64,000 bases of DNA from a virus. Positions within the stretch are counted from its first letter, which is position 1, and every line of letters starts with the position of its first letter. Made by a program: the position numbers and the translations under genes. A model generated the notes under the pieces. It saw only the letters and a program-made list of their open reading frames with translations, did not search any database and was not told where the DNA came from. This document shows positions 10,401 to 22,400 of this stretch, piece by piece. The DNA lies in IMG/VR virus record IMGVR_UViG_3300046522_000512, positions 20,791 to 84,790 of that record. The stretch is one strand, 5' to 3'.

Positions 10401-13400
10401 AGCGGTCCCCGATGCGGGGCTGGATCCGGGAGCCGTCAACGGCCTGCCAGCCCTCCGGCACGGGCACACGGGACGCGCTGGCCCGCTCCTCCCAGGTTTC
10501 CATCCGGCGCTTCAGGTCGGAAGTGTCCTCGCGCCCCGGGTTGCCCTCCGGGAGCCGCTCCGCCAGCTCGCCGTCGTAGAGCGCCGCCGACTCCCTCTGC
10601 ACTGCGTCGCCGCCCTTGAGCGGATCCCGCGACTCGACCTCAATACGAACGCCGCCGTTGAACTGCCTGGTGTGAAGCACACGGCCCACCAAGTGCTTCG
10701 GCTCGTTGTACATCTGGTCTGCCCCAACGATGTGCACCCAGTCCCCGACCTGGATCTCGGACGCGGGAACCATGTCGCCGTCGTAGCGCTGCCGCAGCGC
10801 CGCGAACTCGTCGGGCAGCCCCGCGGCAGGGTTGGCGTTGTCGGCCTGGCCGGTACCGGCGGGCGTGCGACCGGAGCCGTCACCGCGGCCGCGGCCGCTG
10901 CCCGTGCTGGGAGTGCTGCTGTCGGGGAAGTTGGGCAGGCCCATGCCGAGGCCGCCCGGGAGGCCGCCACCGCCGCCGTTGGGGGCGCCGTTGCCGAGCT
11001 GGTTGCGGCGACGCCGGCGCCTGTCCCGGTCGTCATTGTTCTCGGACTCGTCGGGCTTCGGCTCGCCGTCCCCGGACTCATCGGGCTTCGGCTCGTCGGT
11101 GCCCGGCTCGTTCGTCTGGGACTCGCCGGTCTCGGGCGCGTTCGTGCCTGACGCGCCGGTCTCGGGCGCGTTCGTGTCGCGGGAGAGCCGCTCGGCCCAC
11201 TCATCGCTCTCGCCGTCGGCGACATAGATGTGGTCACCTGCGTGCCCGTGTGTCGAGAGGAGCAGCCGCCAGCCGTCGACCTGGCTGCCGCCGCGCCACA
11301 TCTGCGCCCGCTCCGGCGGCTCCAACAGGTCGCCCTCGGCCACGTATATGCCGCCGATGAACTCGTTCGACCCGCGGACCCGCAGACGTTCGCCTTCCTG
11401 CAGCGAAGCGACATCAGCGGCCTCGCCGTCCGGGCGCCGGGAGATGGCTTGGGCGGCTTCCCACTTACGGGCGTCGTCCTCGTTTTCCTTCTTCACCCAC
11501 TTGTCGCGGAGCTTGGCGTTCGCCTTCTTGCGCAGAGCAGGTTCGGGCGCGGTCAGGTGAACGACCCAGTCGCCCGGGTGCTCGGTGTGGCTGCCCGTGG
11601 AGAGGCTGGTCGTGCGCGGCCTGCCCTCCTTGCCGTCGGCGTGCAGGTTGACGACGACATGGGCGGCGTCCAGACCGTCGAACCTGTTGTCCTTCGCGTA
11701 ATAGCCTCTCGCCGGGCGGTAGAGGTCGCCGGGCTTGAGGTTCTGCAGACGCGTCCAGCGCATGCCGTCGGGGAGTTCGGCCTCTCCGACGATGAACTGA
11801 CCGTCACCGGTTCTGGGATCGGCGACAGGAAGGTACTCGCCGCCGAGGGCGCTACGCCTGTTGTTGTAGTGGTGGTACCCGGAGAACGACTGATCGTCGT
11901 TCTGCCCGCGCCAGGCGTGGAAACCCGCGTAGTACGCCTTGACGTCGTCACTCGCCGAACTGAGGGATCGCCCCACTTCGGGGAAAGCTCCAGTGAGCCC
12001 GTTCGCTCTCTGCTCGGGGTCGTCGCCACCCGCAACGCCAACGAGGAAGTCCTTGACCTGCTGCTCTGTGAGCCCGTGCCGGTCGGCATCCGCCACAGCG
12101 GCAGCAATCTGGTCCAGCACAACCTGCCGGCTCCGCTCGCTGTCTCCGGCCCACAGGGCACCCAGCTTCTCGGCGGCATCCTTCATTCCGGATCGCGTAG
12201 CGATGCGCGGGATCATGATCTCCCGGCTTGCGGCACGGAACTCTCCGGCAAGCCGCTGTGTGGCCTCTCGCATGGAGGCTGCATGACCGGCGAGGAAATC
12301 CCTCTGGTCGCCGTCGTACTGCGCGAGCAGATGACGCGTGTTCTCGTCGAACTGGTCCAACGGGAAGGCGTCACCCGCGTCACCGATCCACCGGGGAGCC
12401 GCCTTCGGGCTGAGTGGCCTGGAGGCGGGGCCGGGCATGTTCTTGACCCGGTCCAGAAGCGCATTCCGCGGACCGTCCGGGGCCGGGTTCGCCCACACGC
12501 CGGCCCACTTGCGGTACTCGTCGACCTCCTTCTGGTCGGGCCGGGTGTATTCGCTCAGGTCGAGCCCGGGAACGTCCGGGATCTCCAGTTCGGGCACCGG
12601 GCCGGGAGGAGACATCCGCTCGACCTCATGACCGGCAGGGACTTCGATCACGTCGTCCCACGCATGCACGGCATGCGGCGTGTCCGCGATGTGCACCTGC
12701 CACGACATGACCGGGTCGTCGCGGCGGGGGCCGTCTCGCCTCGCCGCCGCGCTGACGACGTATCCCTCGCGGGTGACCTCGTTGCCGTCCGCGTCCGGCA
12801 CCGTGGCGCGGATGTACTGGCCGGGCTTGACCGAGTCGATGTCGACGGGGCCGAGCGCCGGGGCTTCGGGAGCGGGCAGTCGCTGGATCTTCTGGTCGGC
12901 GGGGATGTCAACCTGGTTGCCGCGGCCGGGCGACTGGTTCGGCCCGTTCCCGATGTACAGGATCCACGCGTCGAAGTCCCCGTGCCGGGGGCGGTGACCC
13001 TTGCCCTTGCGGGGGTTGGCCAGGAGGTAGCCCTCGTGGACTCTGGTCCTGTCCAGGGTGTCCGACACTTCCACGCGGACGTAGTCGTTGATGCGGGCCT
13101 GGTCCGCGTCGATGGTCTCCCCATCGGCCTCCGGCTCGGGACTGGCCTTGCCCGGGTCGCCGTCGGCGGCCGGGCTGCTGTCGCTGCCGTTGAGGTCGGC
13201 CAGCTCTGTGCGGACCTGCGCCGCGTCGAGCTTGACCGGGGCGTCGGTCTTCGACGTCTCCCGGTGCCCGTACGGGACCCAGTCCGGGGCGTCCACGTCG
13301 CGCGGGACGTCCGGCTCGCCCGGAGGGGGCATGGTCTGCCAACTGTGCCAAGCGCGTGACGCCTGTGCACGGATCTTGTCCGCAAGCCTCTGGAGAACTG

Positions 13401-16400
13401 CCTGCCGACGGCGGCCCTCGGGGGTCGACGCGTCCACGCTGTCCGCGGTGGCAGTGGCCTCCTCCGCGAGCCGGTTCATCTGCCGGTAGTTGAGGCCGCC
13501 CTGCCCCCAATGCTTCGCAGCCTCACTCAGTTCATGGTCAGAGGACTTCGCCCACTCCTTGGCGAGCTTGAAGAACTCCTCACGCTGAGCGTCGCTCAGC
13601 TCGCTGTACTGGACTGTGTCCCTGCCCTCTTCGGGCCGCAGGTGCCGCCAGGCCGTGTCCTTCAGCGCCACTCGCATTCCGTTGTCGCGGCGGTTGCTGT
13701 CGACGGCCTGAGCGGCTTCGCGCGGCCCGTACAGCGGGTCGGAGGCCGACTGCGCCGTCCCGCCGCCGGTCTGGCCACCGCGGGCGTCCTGGCCATGCCA
13801 CACAGTGCCGCGGCGGCGGATCCAGCCGACGACGTTGCCGTCCTCGTCGAGAACCTGCCCGTGACCTTCCTCCAAGTCCAGATTGGCCAGACGCGCGCCG
13901 TAGAAGAGCCCCAGGCCCTCGGGGGTCTGCGCCGACTCCAGATCCTGCTGCCGCTTCTCCCCGCGGGCTGCTTCCTGCGCTGTGGGCGCGTTGTGCTCGG
14001 CCGTGCGTGCCTCGCCGGGCATGGACAACTGCCGCGGCTCGTACGTCCGCGGAGCGCCGCCGCCGTCGAGGACAACGACCTTCCCGTCCTCGGCGAGGAT
14101 GACGCGGCCCTCACCGTTCGGGGTGACGGCCGTGTCGCCGTTGTGCCACTCGCGGGCGGTAGAGCCCTCCTGGGCCTGTCGGTTCGGCCCGGCGGGCAGC
14201 TCAGTCGGGAGGGTCAGGCCCTGGAGCTTGGCGGATTCCTTCACATCGCGGCGGTGCAGTGCTTCCTCGGCGAGCTGCCGCGACTCCTCGGTCTCGTCCA
14301 GAACGACGAGCTGCCGGGGATCAAGGCCGAGGCCGCCTCCGCCTTGAGTGGCGAGCTGGGCGGTGTAGAGGGTCGTGCGGCCGTCTTCGTCCACCGTCTT
14401 GGCCATGACGAACCGCGAGCCCCACAGCTTGTCGCTCGACGAGCCCTCCCGGATCACATGGCCGGGCTGGATCTCGTTCGGCGGGACCGCCCGGAACCCA
14501 TCGGGGAGGGTGTCTGCCCACGCCGGTCTCGGGAGGGCAGAACCGTCGTCCTTACGCACCGCGATGAAGTGGTCGGCGTACCAGTTTGGGTCCGCCCGGA
14601 ACTCGTGGCCGGCGTCGTCGCGCAGGATTGGATTGCCGCGGGTGTTCACGACCCGGGCGGTGACGGTCTCGCCGTCGTCGTTGCGGTAGTCGACGTAGTA
14701 GCCGACCTGATAGCGGATGTCGAAGCGTCGCCGGTACGCCTCCTTGTCGGCCGCAGTGGCATCCGGGCCGGGCGGAACCTGGTCTCCCGTGATGATGCCA
14801 GTGGCAGGGTCGGGCGCAGCCGGGCTGCCGGTGTTCGCCTCCTTGCGGGGCTCGGTCGTCTCCGGGCTCGGCTGGTCGTTCTTCAGTGCGGCGAGTTCGT
14901 CACGGACCTTTCCGGCGTCGAGCTTTGCCGGGGCGCCGCCGCTGGCCTCCGGGTAGCGGCCCTCAGCCACGGCCTGGTTCAGCTCGTCCTCGGACGCGAC
15001 CGGCAGTTGCGGCCGGTCCTGCCCGTTCCGGCGCTGGACCTGCGCGGTGCCGATGTACTGCTCGCGCTGCTGCCCGTCCACGTCGTAGCGGGCGATGAGC
15101 CCGGGGCCGTCGAGGCGGGCGACCTCCCCGACCTGCGGGGTGCCGTCTTCCTCCTGGAAGTTGATGCGGTCGCCCGGCTTGAAGTCGTCGAGGACCCAGT
15201 CCCGCCGGTACTCGCCGGTCGGCGGCTGCGTCGGGTCGCCGTCGTTGACAGCCTCGAACACCCAGCCCAGGGAACCGGCGTCGAGGACGTCGGTCGCCCG
15301 GGTCACCGCCACGTAGGCGACGCGCAGGTCTTCGTCTTCGGGGACGGTGTCCCACTTGATGTGGCCGTTGTCGTCGTACTCGGGGCCGCGGAAGTCGTCC
15401 GCGATCCGCACCTTCTCGGACTCCAGGCCCTTGGACTTGTGGGCCGTCGTCACGAGCAGATCGTGCGGCTTCTTCTCGTCGACCAGGCGGCCGCCGCCGG
15501 TGTCCTCCTGCGGGTAGAGCTTCGCCAGATGGGCGTCGATCTTCGCCTTCGCGTCTTCCAGCGACAGCTTGTTGTCGACCTGGTAGTTGATCGTCCTTCC
15601 GTTCTTGGTGAAGGACTCGGTGCGCTTGCCGGGCTCGTAGTAGTAGCGGCGGGACTCGCGGTCGTACAGCAGCTTGCCGACGCCGTTGGTCTTGGCGTCA
15701 CCGAGCCACCGCTTGAGCTGGTCGACCTTCGGGTCGTTCCAGTCGAGCGTGACCCACACGCGGCCGCCGACGTTCTCCGTGTCCGCGGCCTGCGCCCCGG
15801 ACTCCATCAGCTTGTCGATCTCGTCGGGGTGTTTGTCCAGCAGCGCGAACAGGCTCTTCAGTTGCTGGAGCTCCGGGTCGGAGTTGACCTCGTCGAGGAT
15901 GTCCTCGTACGACTTGCCGTTGAAGCGGGCGAGCTCGGCGTGGCTGGTGCGCTCCCCGTTGGCGAGCGCACGGGCGGCCGTCACGAACTCCTGCAAGTCC
16001 TTCACGCCGCCGGACACGGCGATCGTGCGGCCGGCGGCGAGCGCCTCCACCGCGGCGAGCGCGACACCGGCGTTCGTGCGGGCGATGACCATCGTCTCGT
16101 CGCCCGGCTTGATGTTGCCCAGGCGCGAGTCCTTGCGGTCGAAGCCCTTCAGCCGCATCCGCGTGCCCAGCAGGCGCAGGAACCTGTTGCCGACGTTCGC
16201 GACGGCCGGGCCGAACCGGAACGACTGGGTGAGCGTGGCGCGGGCGTCGACCGGGAGCTTGCTGAGCGCGTCGGAGGCGCCGCGGAAGCCGTATATGGCC
16301 TGGTTGGAGTCGCCGACCGCGACGACCTGAACACCCTGGTCGATGGCGGCGCGAACCACGCCCTCCATGACCGGGTTGACGTCCTGCGCTTCGTCCCAAT

Positions 16401-19400
16401 ACAGGGTGTCGGCGTCGATCTTGAACCCACCGACCGCCCACATCTTCACGATGTAGTCGAAGTCCATCGGCAGGTCTTGACCCGCGTCGCCCTTGGTGGG
16501 GTCGGACAGGTTCGCCCACATGCGGTCGGCGAGCGGCTTCACCGCGTCGAACAGGTCGCGGGCCTCCTGCGCCGTCTTGGCGCCGGTGATGTGCTGCGGG
16601 CCCATCTCCGCGTCCGACGACTTCGCCCACGTCTTAATCATCAGCTCGGCGACAGTCGCGGCACCGCCCGGGGCCAGATCCCGGTCCCCGGCCTTCACCG
16701 TGTCGTACCAGCGCATGCGGTCCGCGATCTGCTGCGCGGACAGCTTCTTGAACCCGCCCGCCTTGTGGTTGGGCAGACGGTTGTTCAGCCGCTTGTCCGC
16801 GACCTTCGCCGCGTACCCGTTGGCCGTCGAAGCGGTCAGGTTCTTCGCGTACTCGCCGCGGGCCTGCGCCTCGCGCGCCTCGTTCGCCACCGACCGGTTG
16901 AACGCGAGATAGACGATCTTCTTGCCCGGCATGCGGTGCGACAGCATCTTGAGCGTCGACGACTTGCCCGTACCGGCGAGCGCCATCACGGCCATGTTCA
17001 GGCCGCGGCGGGCCGCGCCCTCGATGATGATGCCCTGCTCCTCGGTGGGCGGGTACGCCTCGTTCGCCGCCGCCGCGGTGTCGATCCGCGCCCACTCCTC
17101 GTCGGAGTAGCCGCCCGCCTTGGCCGCGGGCAGGTCTTCCACCCGGTGCACCAGGCCGGTGGTCTCCGCGTCGTTCAGCCCGTACCCGGCCAGCCGGTCA
17201 CGGATGACGTCGCCGCGCTTGCGCGGGATGACCTTCCCGTCTTCGCCGTACTCGGGCGTCGGGCTCCACCGGCGCCGCTCCTCTTCCTCCAGCTCGAACC
17301 GGCGCTGCTCCAGACGGAGCCGGTACGCGAGATCGACGGAGTCGGTCGCGTCCTGCAGCGGCGCGATCTGCTCGTCGAGAGTGTCGATCTCCTCGCCGAT
17401 CTGGTCGCCGTCCATGTCGGCCGGCGGGGTGGCCGGGACCGGACGGGCATCCGACGGCGCGGACGGCCGCGGTGCCTTGCCAGCCGAGTCCGGGGCGCCC
17501 TGCTGCCTGGCGATCACGTCGCGGCGGTGACGCAGCTCTCGCTGAACGTCTGCCACCTGCGCCCCGAAGCGGCCAGAGCGCTCCTCCGGGGTCATCTCCT
17601 GGTCGTGCAGGGCATCAGCCAGGTGAAGGGCCGTCTCGCTCGCGGGGCCGAACACTCCGCCCGCGGCCTCACCCCACTGCTGGTCAAGGAACGTGAACAG
17701 CTCGTTGGACAGTTGTCCGACGCGGTCCCGCGGCTCGTCGCCGAACTGCTCCTGATAGCCCGCCTTCAGCGAATCGAGTGCGTGGCGGCTGGTCGCCTTG
17801 TTCTTGGCGAACAGGGCGCTCATCGGCAGGTCGCTGGACGCCGGGGCCGGCTGCGGGGCGTCGGCGGACCGCTGCCGCTCGGGCGCCTTCGTGACTCGAT
17901 TGAAGGGGATCGTCTCGCGGTCACCCGCGGGTCCGTCCACGACCACACCGTCATCGGTGGTCTCCACGACGGTGCCCAGCTTGCGCTGCGCGGGTCCGCT
18001 CTCGTCGTACCAGTAATGGACCTTGTCGCCGGATTCGAACTGCTTGCCGTCGTCCGCGGACGGAGTCGGCTGGGGCAGAGGCGTCGTCGGGGTACCGGCG
18101 GCAGGCGGGTTCTCCTCGAACACGCCGTCACGGGTCCGCCCCATGATGTCGATGTACGGCACTTCGCGTTCCGCGCCGTTGCGGCCACGGAGAACGGCCG
18201 TGTCCTGGTTGGCCGAGCGGACGAACTCGCCGCTCTGCTGCATGTTCATGGCGTTCCGGTTGGAGAAGGCCACGGTGTCACCGGGCTGGAAGTCGCCGTC
18301 CTGCCAGGCGCGGCCGGTGGAGGGCGCGTCGCTGCCCTTGGCCGGGGTTTCCGGCGCGGGGGCCGGGGTGCCCGTCAGGCTGCGCCGGAACTGCTCCTGC
18401 GCCTCCCGCTCGATGCGGTCGCGCTGCGCGTCCTCGCGGCGACGCTTCTCGACCGTCACCGCGTGGCGGGCAAGGTAGTCGTCGGTGACCCGCATGAAGT
18501 TGTCCAAGGGCGCCTCCATGCCCTGGCGGTCGGTGTCGGTCAGCCGGTTCCGCAGGCGCTGCGCGTCCTCGCGGGCACCGGCCAGAGATGCGGCCGTGTC
18601 CTCGGTGTCGCCGGACTCCTGCGCGGCGATGGCTTGGAACACGTTGTCGCGCAGCGAACGGGCCGGGGCGGGCATGTCCCGGCCCCACGTGGTCTCGGCC
18701 GCGCTGGTGACCTGACCCTGCGCGCCTTCCACTCCGGTGATGCCCGCGCGCCACTCGCGCTCGTTGGCGAACGGGCGCACCGTGTCGGCCGGCTTGGGGG
18801 CCGGGCGAGGGGCGGCCGGAGCCTGCGGGGCAGGCCTCGGGGATGGAGGCTGCGGCCCCGTTCCGGGCGTCCCGGACGCCTGCGGCGTCTGGCTGTTGCG
18901 TTCCTGGGGCGCCTCGTCGGCCGCGTCCAGGGCTGCGAGACGGGCCGTGCGGGCTTGTTCCCGCTCGTCGCGCAGAGCACGTGCCCGGCGCTCGCCTTCG
19001 GGCGTCATGACGTAGTACTTGATCGAGCCTCCGCCCACGCGGGGCTTGCTCCGCTCGTCGGCGTACCCGAGGCGGAGGAGGCGACGGATCACGTTCGGGT
19101 GGGCCTCGATCTGCTGGCCGTCGGGCCCGAGGCCCGAGTTCAGCGCGCTCTCAAGCGCGCGGGCCTGCGCGGTCGTCAGGCTCGGCTCGGCCTCGGGCTG
19201 CGAGGCCGGGGTCTCCTTGGGGGCGTCCTGGCCCTCGGGCTCGGCGCCGGTCCGGTCGGCGGCTGGGGATATCTCGGCGAGGTCGGCGCGGACCTTCTGC
19301 GGGTCCAGCGTGACCGTTTCGCCGCTGTTCTGGCCGCTGGGTGTCGAGGACTGTTCGGCGGCGGCGCGGGCGGCGCGGTTCTTCTCGCGGCGCTGCTGCT

Positions 19401-22400
19401 CACGCTCCAGCCCGGCGTGGCGGACCACGTCCTTGTCGCTGGCCTCGCCCTTCGCGATCCGCTCGGCGAGGGTGTCGGTCTCCTCCTTCAGGTCGGCATT
19501 GTTCATACCGAGGGCGTCCGGCTGCGCCGGGGCGGCCTGCGCACTGGACGACGTCCGCGCCAGGAACGCCTCACGCTTCGCGGCGAGCTTCTTCGCCCGC
19601 GCCGCGTCCCGGGCCTCGGTGGTGGGCCATATCCACTTCACGCGGCCCTTGTCGTCCTGCGAGATGGCAGGCGGGGCCGGTGTCTTGGGGACCAGGTTCA
19701 CATCCCGCGCGGCGACCTGCGCAAGGACGTCTTCCTGGTCGTTGGACATGGCGCGCAGTTCGGCGTCCAAGGCGGCGATCTGCTTGTTGCGCTTGGCGGT
19801 GTCCTCCTCGGTCACCGTGGGCTGCGCCTTCAGCCGCATAATCTCGTTGAGGAGGTCCAGTTGCCGGGTGGACTCCTCGAACACGGTGGCGAGTTCGAAC
19901 GGCTTCCCGATCCGGCCGGCTGCCTGCTCGGCGGCCCGCTTCTTGTCCGCGCGCCGGTGTTCGGCGCGCTTGATCCGCTCGTCGATGTTGGCGATCGAGT
20001 TCTCGATGCGGGACAGCGGCAGCGTGCGCGGCTTGCCGTCGTGGTCGATGAGCTCGTGGTCCTCGTAGTCCTGCCAGGCGCCCGGGACCTGGGGCAGGTC
20101 GACGCGGACCGTGTTGTACCACTGGTTGCCGATGCTGCGGGTACGGACGAACCGGGCGGTGACTTCCAGGCCGCCAACCCGGCCGATCGGGATACCGGCC
20201 GCATTCTCGTCGTACGGGCGGCGCATGCCGTCCGCGTACACCGCCCGCAGGGCCGTGTTCAGCGCGTTGCGGGCGTCGTCGCGGGCGTCTCCGCCCTCGA
20301 AGTCGGTGGTGCCGATGGTGGCGTTGAAGTCGTCGCCGCGGGTGGGCTTGCGCTTCTCGACAGCCTGCTGGAGCTGCGCGACGTACTGCTTGGTCCACTC
20401 CTCGGCCTGCGCGGAGTCGCGGATGGCCTCCTTGAAGCCCTCCTGGGAGCGCCGGTAGGCGTTGAAGCGGCCCCGCAGCCGGTTCACGAGCGGCTTGAGC
20501 TGCGCCTGGGCGATCAGGTGCGGGTCGCCGGCGGTGAGGGCGCTGACCTCGTCTGCGTCGAAGTTGACGGGGCCGATGTCCTCGACGACGCGCTCGGAGA
20601 GCGAGCCGCGCATGAGGGCCCGGATGAACTTCGCCTTACGGGCGATGGCTTCCCAGAACTTGGCGTCGGTGGACCGCTCGGTGGCGTACTGGAAGATGGC
20701 GACTTCGTCGTTGGCGTTGCCCTGCCGGATGACGCGGCCGTTGCGCTGGTCGACGTCGGCGGGCCGCCACGGGGCGTCCACGTGGTGCAGGGCAACGGCG
20801 CGGAGCTGGACGTTGGTTCCGGTGCCCATCTTGGCCGTGGACCCGAGCAAGACGGAGATCTTGCCGGAGCGGGCGTCGTTGAACAGGCGGGCCTTGGCCG
20901 CGTCGTCCTTCGCCTCGTGGATGAAACGTATCTGCTCGGCCGGGATGCCCCGGGCGATCAGGAGCGACTTCAGCTCGTCGTACGTGGAGAAGTCGGTGTA
21001 GGTCTCCTCGTCGTCGCGGGACAGCGACTCACTGCCGTCGTCGGTGAGGCTGGCGTCCATCTCGTCGGCGTCGGTGCCGCTGCCGGCCTTCTTCTTCCGC
21101 TTCTTGCTGCGGCCCGGGTCCTTCGGCGTGCCCAGGTCGAGGAAGACGATTTGCAGGCCGCCCGGCGTGTCGTGCGGGGTGGCGTCGGTCTTGCTCGTGG
21201 GGAAGACGGCGTCCTTCGTCTCCCCGTAGATCCGCACGACGTTGTCCGCGACCGTCGGCAGCTTGTTGCCGCCGCCGAGACTGGGGTCGAGAAGGCGCGG
21301 GTCGAGCGCGGCCATGCGGCCGTCGCCGAGGAGCTTGAGGTGGTTGTCCTCCTTCGGATCAACGTTGCCGCCCTCAAGGCGCGCTGCGCGGGCCCGGAGC
21401 AGTACCTCGTACTCCTCCTGCGCCGGGGACATCGGCATGGTGATCGTGACGGCCTTGCCGCCGACGATGCCCGGCACGGGAAGGTCGAGGTCTTCAGCCG
21501 TCTTGACGTCGGCGAACGAGCGCCACAGCCGCAGCAGCTCGGGCACGTTCTGGAACGCCGCCAGACGCGTCTTCTCCTTGTAGGAGCCGTCAGGGCTGCG
21601 CTCGACCGCGGAGACCATCTGCGCGAACGTGGACGCGAAGTCGTCGAAGTCCAGCATCCCGAGCTCTTCGAGCAGGTCGGGGCGCAGGTAGCGCATCATC
21701 GTGTGGACTTCAGCGATGCTGTTCGCGACGGGGGTGGCCGTCGCGAACGTCACGACACGGCCGGTGTCGGACCGCTTGCGCAGCCACTCCAGCTTCATTT
21801 CCAGGTCGGAGGCCCGGTTGGAACCGTCGATCGCCGCGACCGAGGACGGCGTGTCGAGGTTCTTGTACATGTGGGCTTCGTCGACCACGAGGTAGTCGAC
21901 GCCCATGTCCTCGAAGTGCAGGCCCGCAGCGTCTTTGAGGCCGCTGAGCTTCTTGTCCAGCTTCTCCTCAAGGCTCTTGAGGCTGGCCTCCATGCGCTTG
22001 ACGAGGCGGGTGTCGTTGCCTTCGCCGTCGGCGTCCTTCTGCCGGAGGATCTTTTCTCGCAGCCGCTCCACGCGGCGGCCGATGTAGTCCTCTTGGATCT
22101 CCGGGCGCATCTGGATCGACTCGAACGCGGTCTGCGTCAGGATGATCGCGTCGTAGTCACCGGCCGCGGCCCGAGCGATGAACTCGCGGCGGCCCTTGCC
22201 CGCCAGGTCTTCGCTGCTCGCGGTGAGGATCCGGTTGTTCGCAACGGACTCGGGGAAGATCTCCGCGAACTCGTGCCGGAACTGCTCCAGCATGTGCCCG
22301 GGGACGACCATCGCGGCCTTCTTCACCAGGCCCAGGCGCCGCAGCTCCATGACGCCCATGGCCATCTCGGCCGTTTTGCCTGCACCGACCTCGTGCGCCA

